NCBI GenBank assembly: GCA_973895155.1
Contig: OZ316894.1
Location: forward strand, 9,200,234-9,264,233
Direction of reading: 5' to 3'
DNA length: 64,000 nucleotides
From: Marsupella aquatica
Taxonomy: Eukaryota; Plantae; Marchantiophyta
The translations under genes were made by a program, and so were the position numbers. The notes beneath the pieces are model-generated. The model ran no database searches and was not told the DNA's origin. It saw only the letters and a list, made by a program, of their open reading frames with translations. Below, one piece after another: positions 14,665-26,560 of this stretch (positions are counted from its first letter, which is position 1; every line of letters starts with the position of its first letter).

Positions 14665-14810
14665 TAGAGAAGGCCAGGGGAAGAGTAGCCAATGATGGTA
14701 CAGGAGCTAGAGAAGGGCAAGGTAAAGCAACCAATGATTGTAGCGTTTAGAAGGGCACAATAGAGCACTCAATGATCCTAAAGTAGAGGAGGGCAGGATT
14801 AAGCACTAGC
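14665..14810. repeat. Degenerate ~40-45-bp tandem repeat (AGAAGGGCA..AGCANCCAATGAT), 3-4 units
   Basis: Recurring AGAAGGGCA and CAATGAT motifs. Confidence 0.5.
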
Positions 14811-15794
14811 TTGAAATTGGGATATGTTGCATATAGACTGGGAGGAGTTGAGTGCACTTGTCTGGATTTCACATGAGTGCTAAATCTTACATGAAGCGCT
14901 ACGCATGAGCCATCTCTCTATCATTGATGGAGATGGAATGACATACAATTATTGTGTGGACTTTACAGGTTTGACTAAGCCTTGCCTACAAGATTACCAG
15001 CACCCACACCAGTGCTTTAGAGTGGCTGTACAAGACTTCAGGGGACATTAATTGCTTCTGTCTCGTCTCTCCAAAGTTAAATATGTACCATATAATGAGT
15101 GGAAACATCTATAATATAGTTGGCTTCATAAGAACCTGGATACTATTCAGGTATGGTGTCTACAGATCCTACATGGCGAGCACAGGGCCCAAGTAAATGC
15201 TGACAAGGAGAACCTGTTTTAGGTGGGAATTTTGACGTGTCCAAACATTTCCTAAACTTGGCTCCTTCATGCAAGGGATTCACATTCACTGAACTTCATG
15301 TCAAATTATTTTTGGTTTTGAGTCTATAGTTAGAACAAGAAGTGACCAATCCAGTTTGCTTTGGTACAAAAAACTCACAAATGCCCCATACTTCTTGTAA
15401 AGTCACACAACTAGTCAGATATTGGGCTTTTTGGCTATTTGGTCCTCTTAGGGTTTTCCCATTGTTTCTCTCTTTATTGGGCCTCTGACATTCAGGATCA
15501 TATTTCACAGTTTGACACTTTTGGTTCTTTGGCAGAGTGCATATACTGTCAACAATGTCTAATTGCAGGCTCCTGGAAGACCCCAAGCCTGCACTTAATC
15601 AACAGTATGCACTATGCTATAAGTGCAGGGGATATCATTTATGCATTTCTCTACATATGTCCACTTCTTGCACTACCCAGTAAGTGCATGGGAAGTAAAT
15701 TTGGCTCTTCCCCATATGTGTTGGCAAGTTGCAGACATTGGACTCCTCGTACCCAGAGCCCTCAAAGTGCACAATTCAACTGGATAAGAGGCCC

Positions 15795-16222
15795 GCCCTT
15801 AATCACCAAATGCTTCATCCACACTTCTAGGGGACTACATGGCCATCCTGCAGCATTTAAGCACGGAATGCCTTATCCACACTACTAGGAGACTAAATGG
15901 ACAACCTCCACTTAACCATGGAACGCATCATCTATGCTACACTTAGATGCTATTAGGGCTGGGCTACATGGCTGGTCTGCACATAACCATGGAACTCATC
16001 ATCCGTGTTCCACTTAGGAGCTCTCAGGGGATTATAGGGCAGACCTGCACTTAACCATGGAATCTGGCATCCACACTGCACTTAGACGCTATTTGGGGAC
16101 TATAGGCCTGCACCTAATCATGGAATGAGTCAGCCAAGCTGCACCTAGCCGCTATCAGGGGACTAGATGGCCTGCCTGCACTTAACCATGGAATGGGCCA
16201 TCCAGCTCTGCTTAATCATGGA
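15795..16222. repeat. Minisatellite, ~50-68-bp unit with core CTGCACTTAACCATGGAA, ~7 copies
   Basis: Repeated GCACTTAACCATGGAA...CATCC...CACTTAG...GGGACTA blocks. Confidence 0.85.
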
Positions 16223-16321
16223 CAAGAGTATAGTGAACAATAGAGAATGTGACATGTTATAGTAGTGCGTCTCAAATCTGAAGGGCCACACCCCCAGCCC
16301 AAAATTGTGAGTTAAGAACTG

Positions 16322-16600
16322 TGGTGAGTTGGCCAGGGGATAATGAGACTAAAACCGAGAGGTCCCAGGTTCAGCGCCCCCTCCACATGCAAGGGTTGTG
16401 GAGGGTGAGTGTGTGTGTTGGTGGGATGTAGTGGTGGGAGTACTGGTTTTGTCTAAGCCCTAGCTAGTCCGCTTTGGGCTCTGGTCCAACCCTCTCTCCC
16501 TCCTGGTCCTAGGTATGACCCCCCTTGTGAGCTACCCTACATAGGTGCCTGCTGTCTATCATTTATCCCCTGTTGGATGGGTCAGCTTGTGGTTTCAAGG
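16322..16600 (+). mobile_element. Possible tRNA-derived SINE remnant
   Basis: A-box-like TGGCCAGGGG (16330) and B-box-like GAGGTCCCAGGTTCAGCGCCC (16358-16378), followed by unrelated body sequence. No TSD found. Confidence 0.3.
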
Positions 16601-16658
16601 CAAAACAAATTGTGGGTTATGAACTTCAAGGCAAAACAAATTGTGGGTTATGAACTTC
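16595..16658. repeat. Perfect 31-bp tandem duplication (TTCAAGGCAAAACAAATTGTGGGTTATGAAC x2)
   Basis: Directly visible. Confidence 0.9.
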
Positions 16659-17459
16659 TGTCACAAGTGACAGGATAAGCTTTTGCAAGTTTGCCACTTT
16701 ACTTCCAGGAAACGTGTGTGACGGTGAGCGGGCAAAAATGGTGACCCGAGCAAAAATGGTGACCTGGTGACCGGAGCAAAAATGGTGACAGGATTGAAAA
16801 CCCAAAAATTTGAGAACCCCTAGGACAATGAGAGGGAGAGGCACACAATGTAGACCGGTCAATGATGGTAAAGGTGTAGAGCAGCCAATCATGGCAAGGG
16901 AGAGAGGGGCGGGGGTGTTCACCTTTATCCTCAGAGTACAGACAAGTGATTGACAGTCTGCCCCTCAGGGCAGAAAGGTTAGGCTACCAACGACAGACAA
17001 GTGACATGAGAGCGGAAAGGAGTCGAGCGGTCGCTGAGGGCAGAACATGGAAGGACAGGGAGCCAGTCAGGACTCTCAGGAGAGACAGGGGAAGAGCAAA
17101 CTACTGCAAAAACCAGCACAAGCTAGTGGAAACTGTTCCATCTTCAGGCCGTATGTCCCGGGGGTCACATGCAGCGCTCGTGTGGCTCACGTGCTGCGAT
17201 TAATCAGCCCCGACCTGGACAGTCAATAGACCAACCTCCACTCATGGAACCGAATCCATAGATCCATCCATCGTCCGACAACCGAGAAACCTGTCTCTCA
17301 ACAGTTCGGCGAGGGAAGTGGTGATGGCCCAACGTTCGTGCACTTCGGTAGGAGATGAGCCAACATCGTCATCAATCACATGCTCGCACAGCACGGACTG
17401 TAACATTCTCAGATGGGTTTCACCACCAAGTGATTCCGTTCCACACTGACATTCCTGTT

Positions 17460-17720
17460 TCTAAGATCCTAGGAGAAACACAAATCCCTGTGTGACTCCA
17501 TGGTTTACAAGATCCTAACAAAAATAAAAATCCCTGTGTCACTCCATCATTACAAGATCCTAAGAAAATTACAAATCCATGATTGACTCTTCATTTTACA
17601 AGATCCTAGGAGACATACAAGTCCCTGAGTCACTCCATCCTTTGCAAGATCATAAGAAGAATACAAATCTCTGTGTCACTCTTCATAATACAAGATCCAA
17701 GGAGGGACACAAATCCCCGC
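17460..17720. repeat. Minisatellite, ~44-bp unit (ACAAGATCCTARGAGAAAYACAAATCCCTGTGTCACTCCATC), ~6 copies
   Basis: AAGATCCTA-type motif recurs at ~44-bp spacing. Confidence 0.88.
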
Positions 17721-17781
17721 TCCACAAGCGCATCACTTATTCATTTGGTTCGTCCTCATCTTACTATCGTGAGACATGCTT

Positions 17782-17930
17782 CCATAGTTCAATCCTTTCG
17801 CACCCAACAACCAGTACACCAACTGCTGTCATTCCATCTCTTCTATTACTAGCATCAACCATACTTCCATAGTTACATCCATTTGCACCCAACAACCAGT
17901 ACACCAGCCTGTTGTGATTCCATCTCTACT
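17782..17930. repeat. ~80-bp tandem duplication (CCATAGTT..GCACCCAACAACCAGTACACCA..TTCCATCTCT)
   Basis: Two visible copies. Confidence 0.75.
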
Positions 17931-18854
17931 CTTCAGATAAAGTACACAATATAAAAACATAGTTGATCATTTTTCGCAGCATCTAGCCGTTCTTCGGCGC
18001 CTGGGCAACGAACTAGTCTGTTCTATAGATTTCCGTATCCCCACAACGGCGGACACGTAGAAACCTTAGTACAATGACATACTTCGTAGAGTACATGGGT
18101 AGGCTTTGAGGTGAGCGGAGTAAAACTAGGCCAAGACAGGGTACACATTGACACTTTTCCTCTGGTCCGAGGCGACGAAGGTACGGTAAAAGATCAGGGG
18201 AGAGAGAGAATTCTCTTTTCTCGAGATCGTGATGAATTCGCTAAAATGAACGAGACAAGGTCCTTCGTCCCGCAAAAAAACTAATATCTACACATATATT
18301 GGGATTAATTATGAAGTCTGGATATGAAGATACGATGCGAGATACAACCCAGCATACAGAGTATGATGATTCTGCATTTCTACTTATCGCATAATTATTG
18401 TCTCATGAAATGCATGCAATCAACGGGAATGTAGACGCTGGTGAAGCTTGGGAGACAACAAACTCATCTCTGTGGGAGAATCCTCAGAAATATTGAGACG
18501 AATCACTTAAACCCCAACATGGAGTTTGTATTATTCTGTAAGCTCACATCGAGCCGCGAGACGAATCGCTCGGCTCGCTCTATCTAGCCTGCCTGACCGG
18601 CCAACACATGAGGATTCATTCTGATGGAAACCCGCGTGTGTCGTGTCGAACAAGACTGATGATGAAGCCGGGCGTGTGTGCTCGCTGGGTTGAGAGTTAT
18701 CAAACAATCGTCAATGATAAGATGAATCCCCATGTTCTCCCTTCCCGTGCCTTGTCCTGCCTTCCAACAGAGGCTGATCAGCAGTCGCTAAGGCAATGGC
18801 CATCCATCGCAAGTTGGTTGGCGAAGAAGAGACTGGAATCCTATCTTTTCTTCT

Positions 18855-20845
18855 TCATGCATGCTGAAGAGATGATCTGAATGCACTCACAACGGAGGCA
18901 GAAGTAGCAACTTGATTTGAGGTAAGACGAGGCTGCAAGAAAACATGACAACGAAACCACGAAGGCCGAAATGTTAAAATAATATCGAAACATGTACAAA
19001 AGACAATGACACCTTCAAAACACAATCCACCTGCCCGAAAATCATATACTGTAAATCATAAGGTATATCAATTGAATAACATCCAGGAAGCAACGCTGCT
19101 AACGAGGGTCATTTAGTCGCTAGACACTCAGAGTGGTCAGCGAGCTCGATACACAAGACATGGATGGATTTTGATGCGAACCTTCACGATGATGACGCAC
19201 ATGGTATAGTCAAACATCTTGGTGATGGTGCACCGGCGGACATCCAGATCGAGACGCTCCAGCACTTTCATTGCACTGCTCATAAAATTCCGGCGGCATC
19301 TGCATTTTTCTAATCTCGCAGCTGCTTCCTCGCCCTCGACCTGGATATGGTACTCCACAAATTGGGCTTCACTTGAGCTGGCTGCAAGCTCAGGATTCCC
19401 AACTTTGACAGCGTCACTCCGAGGTGCAGCCCGCGTGGACTTCTTAAGCTTCAGCTCTGCCAGTGTTTTCTTCAATTCCTCCACCTTTACTTGTAAGGAT
19501 TTCAAATAGTATACACTATCATGTACAATAGAAGCCCTGTCACGCTGTTCATTTACACAGAGGCACCAAACCACATCCACAGTAGTTATCAGAACTGGGG
19601 AGTCACATCCAGACTAGGATCTGTATGAACAACAGCACTCACACATAACATGAGCTTGAAGAACGCTTGATGCATAGAAGATCTCGTGGCTCACTAAACT
19701 TTGTGCGATAGCATGGGGCAGAATCCTGGGCAGAGTGTGTAGAAAATATATTCTTAGGACCCAAAAGTTAAGTTGACCTAAGACCCCAAGTGGGATGGCC
19801 TGGACAACAGCATTTAAGGAATCTTCAACATTAGACTACCAGGCACTCACAAAACTCAGACTACATGTGAAGTTGAAGACAACCTATGACGAAAGCCAAC
19901 CAGGAGTATTCATTCATTGTTGCTAGCAAATGACATAGTCCTTACCTTCAGATTAGGGCCCGCAGGAGGAAGAAGGCATTCGAGAGTTGAGATTTTGAAG
20001 CTCATGTCATCTCTCCGCTGCCGTTCTCGTCTGACATGCTCCAACTGTTCCACATTTGACGCTTTCTTCTGCTTCTCAGTAACCCGTTGACATCGCTTAG
20101 AACCTCGAGGTTTGAGAGTTTTAGGAGTGGGCGACAAAGACGACACATCGTCAGATATGATGGACGCTTTCGTACTCGAGAAATCCTGGTTGCTTTTGAC
20201 AGTGTTTGGGGGCGTGGTAGGCTGGAGTGGAGGTGCGGCAGCGTCGTCCTCTAAACATGAGGGTGATAGGGCCGTATGCTGCTGCTGCACTGGAAGCCTA
20301 ATAGGGCAAGGAAAGTCCGGTGCAGAAATACTCTCGAAAGAGGCGCTACCAGGGGACACCAATGTCGGCAATTCTGGAGTGCTGATGGCCGGGAAGTCGT
20401 CGAGAACATCACTCATCCAGTTGCTACACTCCTCGATCTCGGGCACCTCGAGCTGCAGAGGTTGATAGTGCGGCAGAGCATAAGGCGAAAACCCCGCGAC
20501 GGCTTGCTGCAACTGCTGCTGTTGAACCTGATGTTGTTGATGCTGCTGTTGCTGGTGGCATGCAGCATCAATATCCAGCGGGGGGAAGCTCGAGGCATGG
20601 CGCAAGAATATGTCTGAATCTGAGAGAGTTAGCGGGGCATTTGTGGACATACCCAACGTTTTCTGTCTCTCCAGGGGTGGAGGCTTAAACAGAACCGGGG
20701 CGTAAGACGATCCATAGAAAAATGACTGCTGGTGGACATGGTGATTGTGATTGAGATGATCGACATGATGGTCAAAAGGCGACTCCCTCAACAAGAAGGC
20801 TCGCGCCATCGCATCTCCGAAGGCGTCCTTTGAAAGCTCGGGCAT
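18855..20845 (-). CDS. bHLH transcription factor (~446 aa) with a Q-rich N-terminal region and a C-terminal ACT-like domain
   Basis: Exons 20845-19946, 19544-19182, 18932-18855 (GT-AG, frame-consistent). bHLH EHVRRERQRRDDMSFKISTLECLLP..|RDRASIVHDSVYYLKSLQVKVEEL with H-E-R basic residues and an intron in the loop. ACT-like tail CRRNFMSSAMKVLERLDLDV. Confidence 0.9.
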
Positions 20846-21694
20846 GATTGTCCGCCTGTTGCCACCCTCCCACCGACGCTAAAGGGAAGATCGAGCCTCA
20901 CCCCCTCCTCCTCCCCCCTCGGGGAAATTTGGTAGTGTCAAATCCTGTCCGGCTTGGTCACCTGTTAGCTATCGGCTATACCGCTCCCAAGACGACTTCC
21001 ATGGGGATGGTCAGTCTCTCCGTCGTACTCTCTCTCTGAGACAAGGGGCTGAGGGGTGAGGCTCTACTTCAAGTAGAGCCGTTCATTCTCCAGCATTACT
21101 ACGCACGCAAAGCACCACGTAAACCTAAACTTAACTGAGTTCTCAGTTCTCAGATTAACACTACTGCATATCTCAAACGTCACTCAACCGATGGTCATCT
21201 CTCTCATTCCCTCCTTCAGTCACCTTTCATGAAAATCTGGCGACTGAACTAAACTAAACTAGTTAGACCAGACCAGACCAGACAACCTCACGACCTCACT
21301 CCACCGTGTTTTTGGCCGTCATTGTATCTGTCATTTTATCGCATCAGAACCTGGCAAATCTCTCTCCTCTCTCACGAACTGGGAGCACAGAAATCATCAG
21401 GTGGAATCTCCTCGTCATTCCACCAACAGGTTTTCCACTGTTGATCGTCCGTCTATCTGTCACACTGACATCCACTCCCGATGCGCCACTCCCGATAATC
21501 GTCCTTCCTGCCTGTGCTCCTGAGTGCTTTCAATCCCACCCTCGCCCTCTGCTACTGTAGTCTGCTCTGCTCTAGTGCTCCTGCCCTCTGTCCTGGCGCT
21601 CATGCTGTTCGAAGCTTTTCCATGATCGGCACACTTCTCACTTTGCTTTTATAGATTTCAGAGTAGCATAGCTTCTTCCTCTCACGGCACCGTA

Positions 21695-21732
21695 CTGTCC
21701 TGTCCTGTCCTGTCCTGTCCTGCTCTGTCCTG
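21695..21732. repeat. (TGTCC)n microsatellite in the bHLH 5' leader
   Basis: TGTCC repeated 5-7 times. Confidence 0.85.
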
Positions 21733-22329
21733 ACTCTATCAAGGTCATCCTTGGACGGACGGATTCTTCCTCTGTCGTTCGCCCTCAGAGCAGATCGCTC
21801 AATAATGACATTGTACCCATTATCCGGATAAACAATCGAGTGGAAATCATTAAGGACAATTGTCCTGACGTGTTACTGATGATTCCTCCCCACAAACAAC
21901 CGCATTTTGCGCTCCGCTCGCTTTGAATGAAATGTGCAATCCTGCGCAAAGACTCCACTGCTTTCCCCACCGTTCCAGGATAAAAATCAATGCTCTCCCA
22001 AGAAAAGTCCACAAGGCGGCTCTCATTCACTGAGACTTCATTCGTTTCCTCCTCCACATCGAGACACGTCCCCTTCCAATTCCTTGCCTCCGCCATATCC
22101 GCCAATGAACCCGTCCACGAGCAGCGCGAGCGACTCGAGCGAGTCAGCGAGTGTCGTCCCTGACATGTAACGCAAAAAGGGAGAAGAAATCTGACTTCCT
22201 CAACCAGTCGGTGATTTTTCCGTCTTTTACAGGACCGTCTTTTACTATCCTATCCTCCAAATTATTATCCCACACCCCAAATTAATTTAAATAGAAGTTT
22301 CCCGTCTTGAATATGGGTTGGTTCAACTC

Positions 22330-22606
22330 AGCCTAGATAGCACCTGATTGGTCAAAGGACACAGGAAAGCTCATAATCCACCCATGCTAAGCTCTCCAAT
22401 CCTACCTCCAACATGGACCAGGTTTCCCCCATCCCGCAGATGTCAAATATTTTCTACGAGCAAACCTAGCCTAGATAGCACCTGATTGGTTAAAAGACAC
22501 AGGACAGCTAGTAATCCACCCGTGCTAAGCTCTCCAATCCTACCTTCAACATGGACCAGGTTTTCCCCATCCCGCAGATGTCAAATATTTTCTACGAGCA
22601 AACCTA
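22330..22606. repeat. ~137-bp near-identical tandem duplication upstream of the bHLH gene
   Basis: AGCCTAGATAGCACCTGATTGG...CTACGAGCAAACCT occurs twice (22330, 22467). Confidence 0.92.
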
Positions 22607-22719
22607 CAGCAGTGTGTTTTGGCCCCCATCAATTCCCCATTTCAACAGTCTGAGAGGGTTAGTTGGGACAAATGATTGGCCTTCACTTTATCCCCAAACC
22701 AATTTGGTGTCATCTCGTT

Positions 22720-24686
22720 CTTGTTGAACTAATACACTTCCAAAATGAGGGCCAATCTAATTATATTATATTTGGGGGCAGGTAAGTAATTTTTTACTTG
22801 TGTGGGAGATAGAAAATTGAAACACTGTTCAGGAGCGCAAGCACAAATGAGTGGAGATGTGGCATTCTCCCTCGCTTTCTGCCACTCTTCATGCTTTTGC
22901 AGTGAAGTAACAAAAGGAGTCAAACATGTGGACTAGAGGACAAAACCATCATCTGCAATCTCAAGGTGTGGTGAACCTGCCAAAAAAGCCATCAGGGTCT
23001 CAGACCTGGCAAGGAAGAGTTAGTAATCCTTGTCAACCCTGCAGTTAACTACTAACTCGTAACTCCAGTGGTACGCCCAAAATGTCATCCTTAACAATTG
23101 GTTGTGGGAATTTGTGATTGCTTGTTCCTGATGTGTGAAGTGTTATTTTCATATGGTCATGGGGGCCTTATGGTCACGGGGGCCTTATCTAGACACCATT
23201 TTGAACCACTCATCCTGCTCTCAATTTCCTCCAACATTGTGGAGGTTGGTGGAGAACTGTGCTGGAACCATCGTGAAGGTGGTAGTCGCTGCAATGGAGA
23301 CCTGTATTTGGATAGTGGATGTGGAGGTCACTACAGCAGAGTCACTGCTGGTGGAGCTGAAAGTGGCGCATTTGGACCTAGGAGCTTAAGAGGGCATTTG
23401 GAGGTTGAATCAGCATCCACATTTCTGACATAAGTAATATACAAGTCTCATTAAGGCTTTAGGGTCAGCAAAAGCAAAGTGAACATCCAGTGAGTGGTCT
23501 TCCATGATTAGCTGAAGATTTGTTTCAACTATTTGTGAAATGAGAATCAGGCAAACAATTTCATGTTTATTTTTGTACATTTGCAAGACTGAAGATTCAT
23601 TTTTTTCTCAATGGTGGTGTACACGTCATTAGCTAAAGTCAACTATTTCAGGGTGAATGGACATATCAGTGTTCAAGTCTCTAGTTTAGCTCACTTAGCA
23701 AACTTTGTTGCTGCAAATCCTTATTCTCAAAACTGTTTGTACAAGCCCTGTCCGGCAATGATGCCAACGGGATGTCTATGTGGAAAGTCATTAGACTTTG
23801 CCAGAACTGTGAGCATTCCTCCTTGCCTGGAAAACCCAAATTCAGATTTCATCTGGATTTCTTTCATGTTGTTAACGGAGGGGTTCTGCCTATCCGTGCT
23901 ACCATATGGGATGCAGGAGAGACTTTCTTGGATTGTTCTCTGTTTGAGTTTTTGAACTGTTCAAACTAGTGAGAGCTCAACTAGTGAGGAGCCTCCTTCT
24001 GTTTGTGTTCCTTCTTCTGAGTAGGTTTCTCATTGGGTGTGAGGACTTTTACCTTTTGCTCCTATTGTGAATTCCTTGTTTCTATGTAGGCTTGTCCTTT
24101 TGCTGTTGTCATTGGCACTCTCTCAGTTTGTGGATGTAATATGCTTCCTTTTGACTTAGCAGTGTCTCCTACATCATGGAACTTCCAAATTTGTGTAGTC
24201 TACACTTCTCCTTTCCCGGGCAGTGACTTCCCTTGCTGCTTGCAGATGCCTTTGCTCATCAGCAAAGCGCAATGTAAAAGTGGACAGTGAATTCCAAAAT
24301 GATTGAGTAAAATTGAGGAAAGGCTCCCACAATAGAGGTGAGACAAAGCAAAGTGCCATTGATCAGCACTAGAAGATGACTGAACTTGTTGAAGCAACCT
24401 GCATATGCAAATTCTCCAGTCCAAACACAATTGAGAAGAACATTGAAGGAAGTATGTATGCTGATGGGATCTATGTTGCTGTTGGTACCTAGCAGAAATG
24501 ATCAAGGATTGGAAAGACCTTGTGGTTTATGCAATCCATGAACCTGTCTGTGCAATTTGGAGGGAGTGGAAGGAAGTAGTTGTTGAAAAGATTGAGGCAT
24601 GTTGTATGTACAAAGAGTTCCAGTCAATTCATATTGGTAGTTGACTCTGCCTTGTGATGTGACCTGCCATATATTAATCTATACCA
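22720..24686 (-). pseudogene. Highly degenerate Copia-type gag/integrase remnant
   Basis: Minus-strand fragments resemble Copia motifs (GLYK pre-integrase at ~23740; HTDICP ~ VHTDICGP at ~23665). PBS-like TGGTATAGA at 24686-24678. No intact ORF. Confidence 0.35.
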
Positions 24687-25960
24687 TGTAAAACGAAATC
24701 TAGGCATGTGTAACCCCCACAGTCCAAAAAGTCTTCCCTTGTAAAACAACAAAATAAAACTTGCTAATCTTATTTCTTTGAACACTACCTATTGCATGAT
24801 CATCATTTTGGGGAAATGTTTTTGGGAACCTTTGTTTCCAAAATCCACTCAAGTTTTTATACAAAGTCAACTTTCTGGTTATGGGCATTGTGGGCCATAG
24901 GGTCTCCTCAAGCTTGGGCTAAAGCTCTCTTTTTAGGGGCACTATGTCCCAAAAGGCCCTCTAACCAGGGCGCTACCCTATTCAAGACTAAGGCACTCTT
25001 CACTTCCCACCCCAATACACGAACAAGATAAACACAGTCCTCTCACAGTAGCATAGCCCTTTCGTGTTTGCTAACTAGAGTACCAACATCTTACCAATGT
25101 GAACCTACTCCTCTATTAACATTTACCAACATGCCTCCAATTGCGATTGTGATGGCACAAACAAGACATGGCTTGTTCTTGTCCTAAATCCTAATTCTAA
25201 GCATCACATTTGGCATTCATGAACCCCATTTGGCATGCATGGCTTGGTGTGCACCAAAGTAGCCCCCTTACACCACAACATTTATTTTTGACAATACACA
25301 CCTTGCTTTTGAGGAATTCCCATCAGTACGTCTAGGCATATTAACTCAAAGACCAAAAGTTTTACCATGTAAAACAAAAACTAGGTATGTGTGACAAAGA
25401 GTCCAAAAGTCTTATCATGTAACAAAAGTAAAGTTGCTAATCTTTGCATGGCCGAAAGACCTGGCATTTTAACTTCTTCTTTCTATACACACTCTTGCAT
25501 GTATGACCATCATTTCAGGGGTTTGAATTTTCAGTTTCTTCCCAAAACTCACTCAAGTTATTACATATAAAGAATAAAGTGAACTTTCTGGTTATGGGCA
25601 TTGTGGGCCAGAGTGTCTCCTCAAACTTGGGCTAAAGCCCTCATTTTAGGGGCACTATATCCCACAATTCCCTCTAACCAGGAGGACTTCCACACTCTTG
25701 ACTTGCCACCCCAAGACACAAACAAGATAAAACACATTCCGCTCTTATTAGCATAGCCCTTGTGTTATTTTTTTAGCTAATAGACTACAAGATCGTACCA
25801 ACATCTTAACACTATGAACCTATACTCCGCTGCAGGACATTCACAACCAACATCCCTCCGATTGCGGTTGTGATGACACAAACCGGACATGGCTTGTTGT
25901 TCATGTCATCCCAATTCTAAGCATCATAATTTGTAGCTTTCATGAACCCAATTTGACATT
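24682..25960. repeat. Diverged direct duplication of a ~550-600-bp unit (24682-25240 and 25364-25960), possibly LTR-derived
   Basis: Shared colinear blocks: TACCATGTAAAAC..CTAGG, ACTTTCTGGTTATGGGCATTGTGGGCCA, GACATGGCTTGTT, AATTCTAAGCATCA. Confidence 0.85.
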
Positions 25961-25962
25961 TA

Positions 25963-26560
25963 TGTTGAGTAAAATGAGGCAGCATGCACATAAGCAACAT
26001 CCGCCTTATACATAAGTAGTCGGCACAAAAAATATGTGGTTCACCTCACTAGAGTCTATGTTCACAGGAACACATAAGAGAGCTTTATTGTATTCTGAGT
26101 TCATCAGCCACACCAAGTTTCCATAAACTAAGCTCTTCCGATCTCCCAACTGGCTCTGTAACAATGCGTCTAAACTCCACCCACTAACTAAGTCTTGCTA
26201 GTGTAAGTAGTAGTTGAACATCTACCCATAATCAAGCACCTGACTACGGCTTGACTAAATATGGTTACATAATAATTCTATACCTAAGAGTGAATGCCTA
26301 AAACAAACTCCCCCTTGACTCTGGTCTAGAGGAGAGCATGATCATTGCTCCTTATGTGATTCCTCAGCTGGAAATTCTGGATGAAAACCTAGATACCACG
26401 TTTTCTCTGAAAATTCAAAATGCATCAAATTGTCTTATGATAGTTGAGCATTAAAAGCCAGCAATGTGTGGTAAGTGTGCAAAGTTGATTAGATTTCTCA
26501 TACAATGATTAACCCAATTACTTTCTATATCAATGAGTGTTTTCTTTATACATATAAGGG
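25963..26560 (-). mobile_element. Truncated Copia 3' end: degenerate RNase H, polypurine tract and 3' LTR (26305-25963)
   Basis: Minus strand reads PPT AAGGGGGAGTT then TGTTTTAGG...CTCAACA. The LTR shares TGTGGTTCACCTC-type blocks with the 10105 LTR. Upstream KTLIDI and NQL..LT fragments resemble Copia RNase H (KHIDI, NQLAD). Confidence 0.7.

Noticed and set aside
15795-16222. Repeat with a constant palindromic core and variable intervals, superficially CRISPR-like
   Set aside because: The intervals are homologous to each other, the context is eukaryotic and there are no cas genes; it is a minisatellite.
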